Assembly: GCA_964649615.1 (NCBI GenBank)
Contig: CAZYPW010000001.1
Span: forward strand, 33,557 to 97,556
From: an uncultured Gammaproteobacteria bacterium
GTDB lineage: Bacteria > Patescibacteriota > Microgenomatia > Daviesbacterales > UBA10151
Reading direction: 5' to 3'
Length of the DNA stretch: 64,000 nt
The position numbers and the translations under genes were made by a program. Of this stretch, positions 63,905-64,000 are shown piece after piece (within the stretch, counting starts at the first letter, position 1; each line of letters opens with the position of its first letter). The notes beneath the pieces are model-generated. The model searched no databases, was not told the DNA's origin, and was given only the letters and a program-made list of their open reading frames with translations.

Positions 63905-64000
63905 GCTCCCGTTTTCCTTATCTTAGAATCACTTTAATGGTTTTGAGTAGAACTTTGAAGATAGAGGCTTTAATTGATACAGGGTTTGACGGAGATGTTG
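63892..64000 (+). CDS. Clan AA (retropepsin-like) aspartic protease, truncated by window edge
   Basis: MDIVSSRFPYL...EALIDTGFDG. Confidence 0.75.
   Translation, partial: MDIVSSRFPYLRITLMVLSRTLKIEALIDTGFDGDV

Noticed and set aside
1-64000. CRISPR array, cas genes or rRNA
   Set aside because: No regularly spaced repeat-spacer array, cas motifs or rRNA-like sequence seen.
1-64000. Alternative genetic code (UGA recoding as in Gracilibacteria/Absconditabacteria)
   Set aside because: TGA ends conserved genes at expected positions (smpB, tlyA, sodN) and long genes are open in code 11.

Overview
AT-rich chromosomal segment in standard genetic code. Its gene content (PrgI, an array of VirB2/TrbC-like pilins, TraD/TrwB-like ATPase, DUF56xx-type small proteins, near-leaderless genes) suggests a Patescibacteria/CPR bacterium, most likely Microgenomates (inference). 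Core genes: smpB+tmRNA, comF, dnaG, rpoD, trxB, sodN/sodX, a Xer-like recombinase, an Nramp transporter, a GlmU-like enzyme, phosphoketolase, acs and a citrate-lyase/succinyl-CoA-ligase-like pair. There are nine tRNA genes, including tRNA-Ile(UAU), tRNA-Arg(GCG) and a tRNA-Asn(GUU) split by a group I intron, plus a cobalamin riboswitch. A serine-recombinase island sits at the 3' end of tRNA-Asn, and about eight toxin-antitoxin-type modules are scattered through the window. The most novel-looking signals are small repeat systems: (1) a four-helix-bundle gene enclosed by inverted 7-nt-periodic arms, whose gene-less copies recur five times and encode three signal peptides and one enzyme C-terminus; (2) small GIY-YIG nuclease genes bracketed by palindromic repeats whose solo copies sit in frame in enzymes and inside structured RNAs; (3) TA cassettes flanked by diverged duplications of gene ends, a promoter or tRNA ends, often with a palindrome at the junction. 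All calls come from reading the sequence by eye; no database searches were run.
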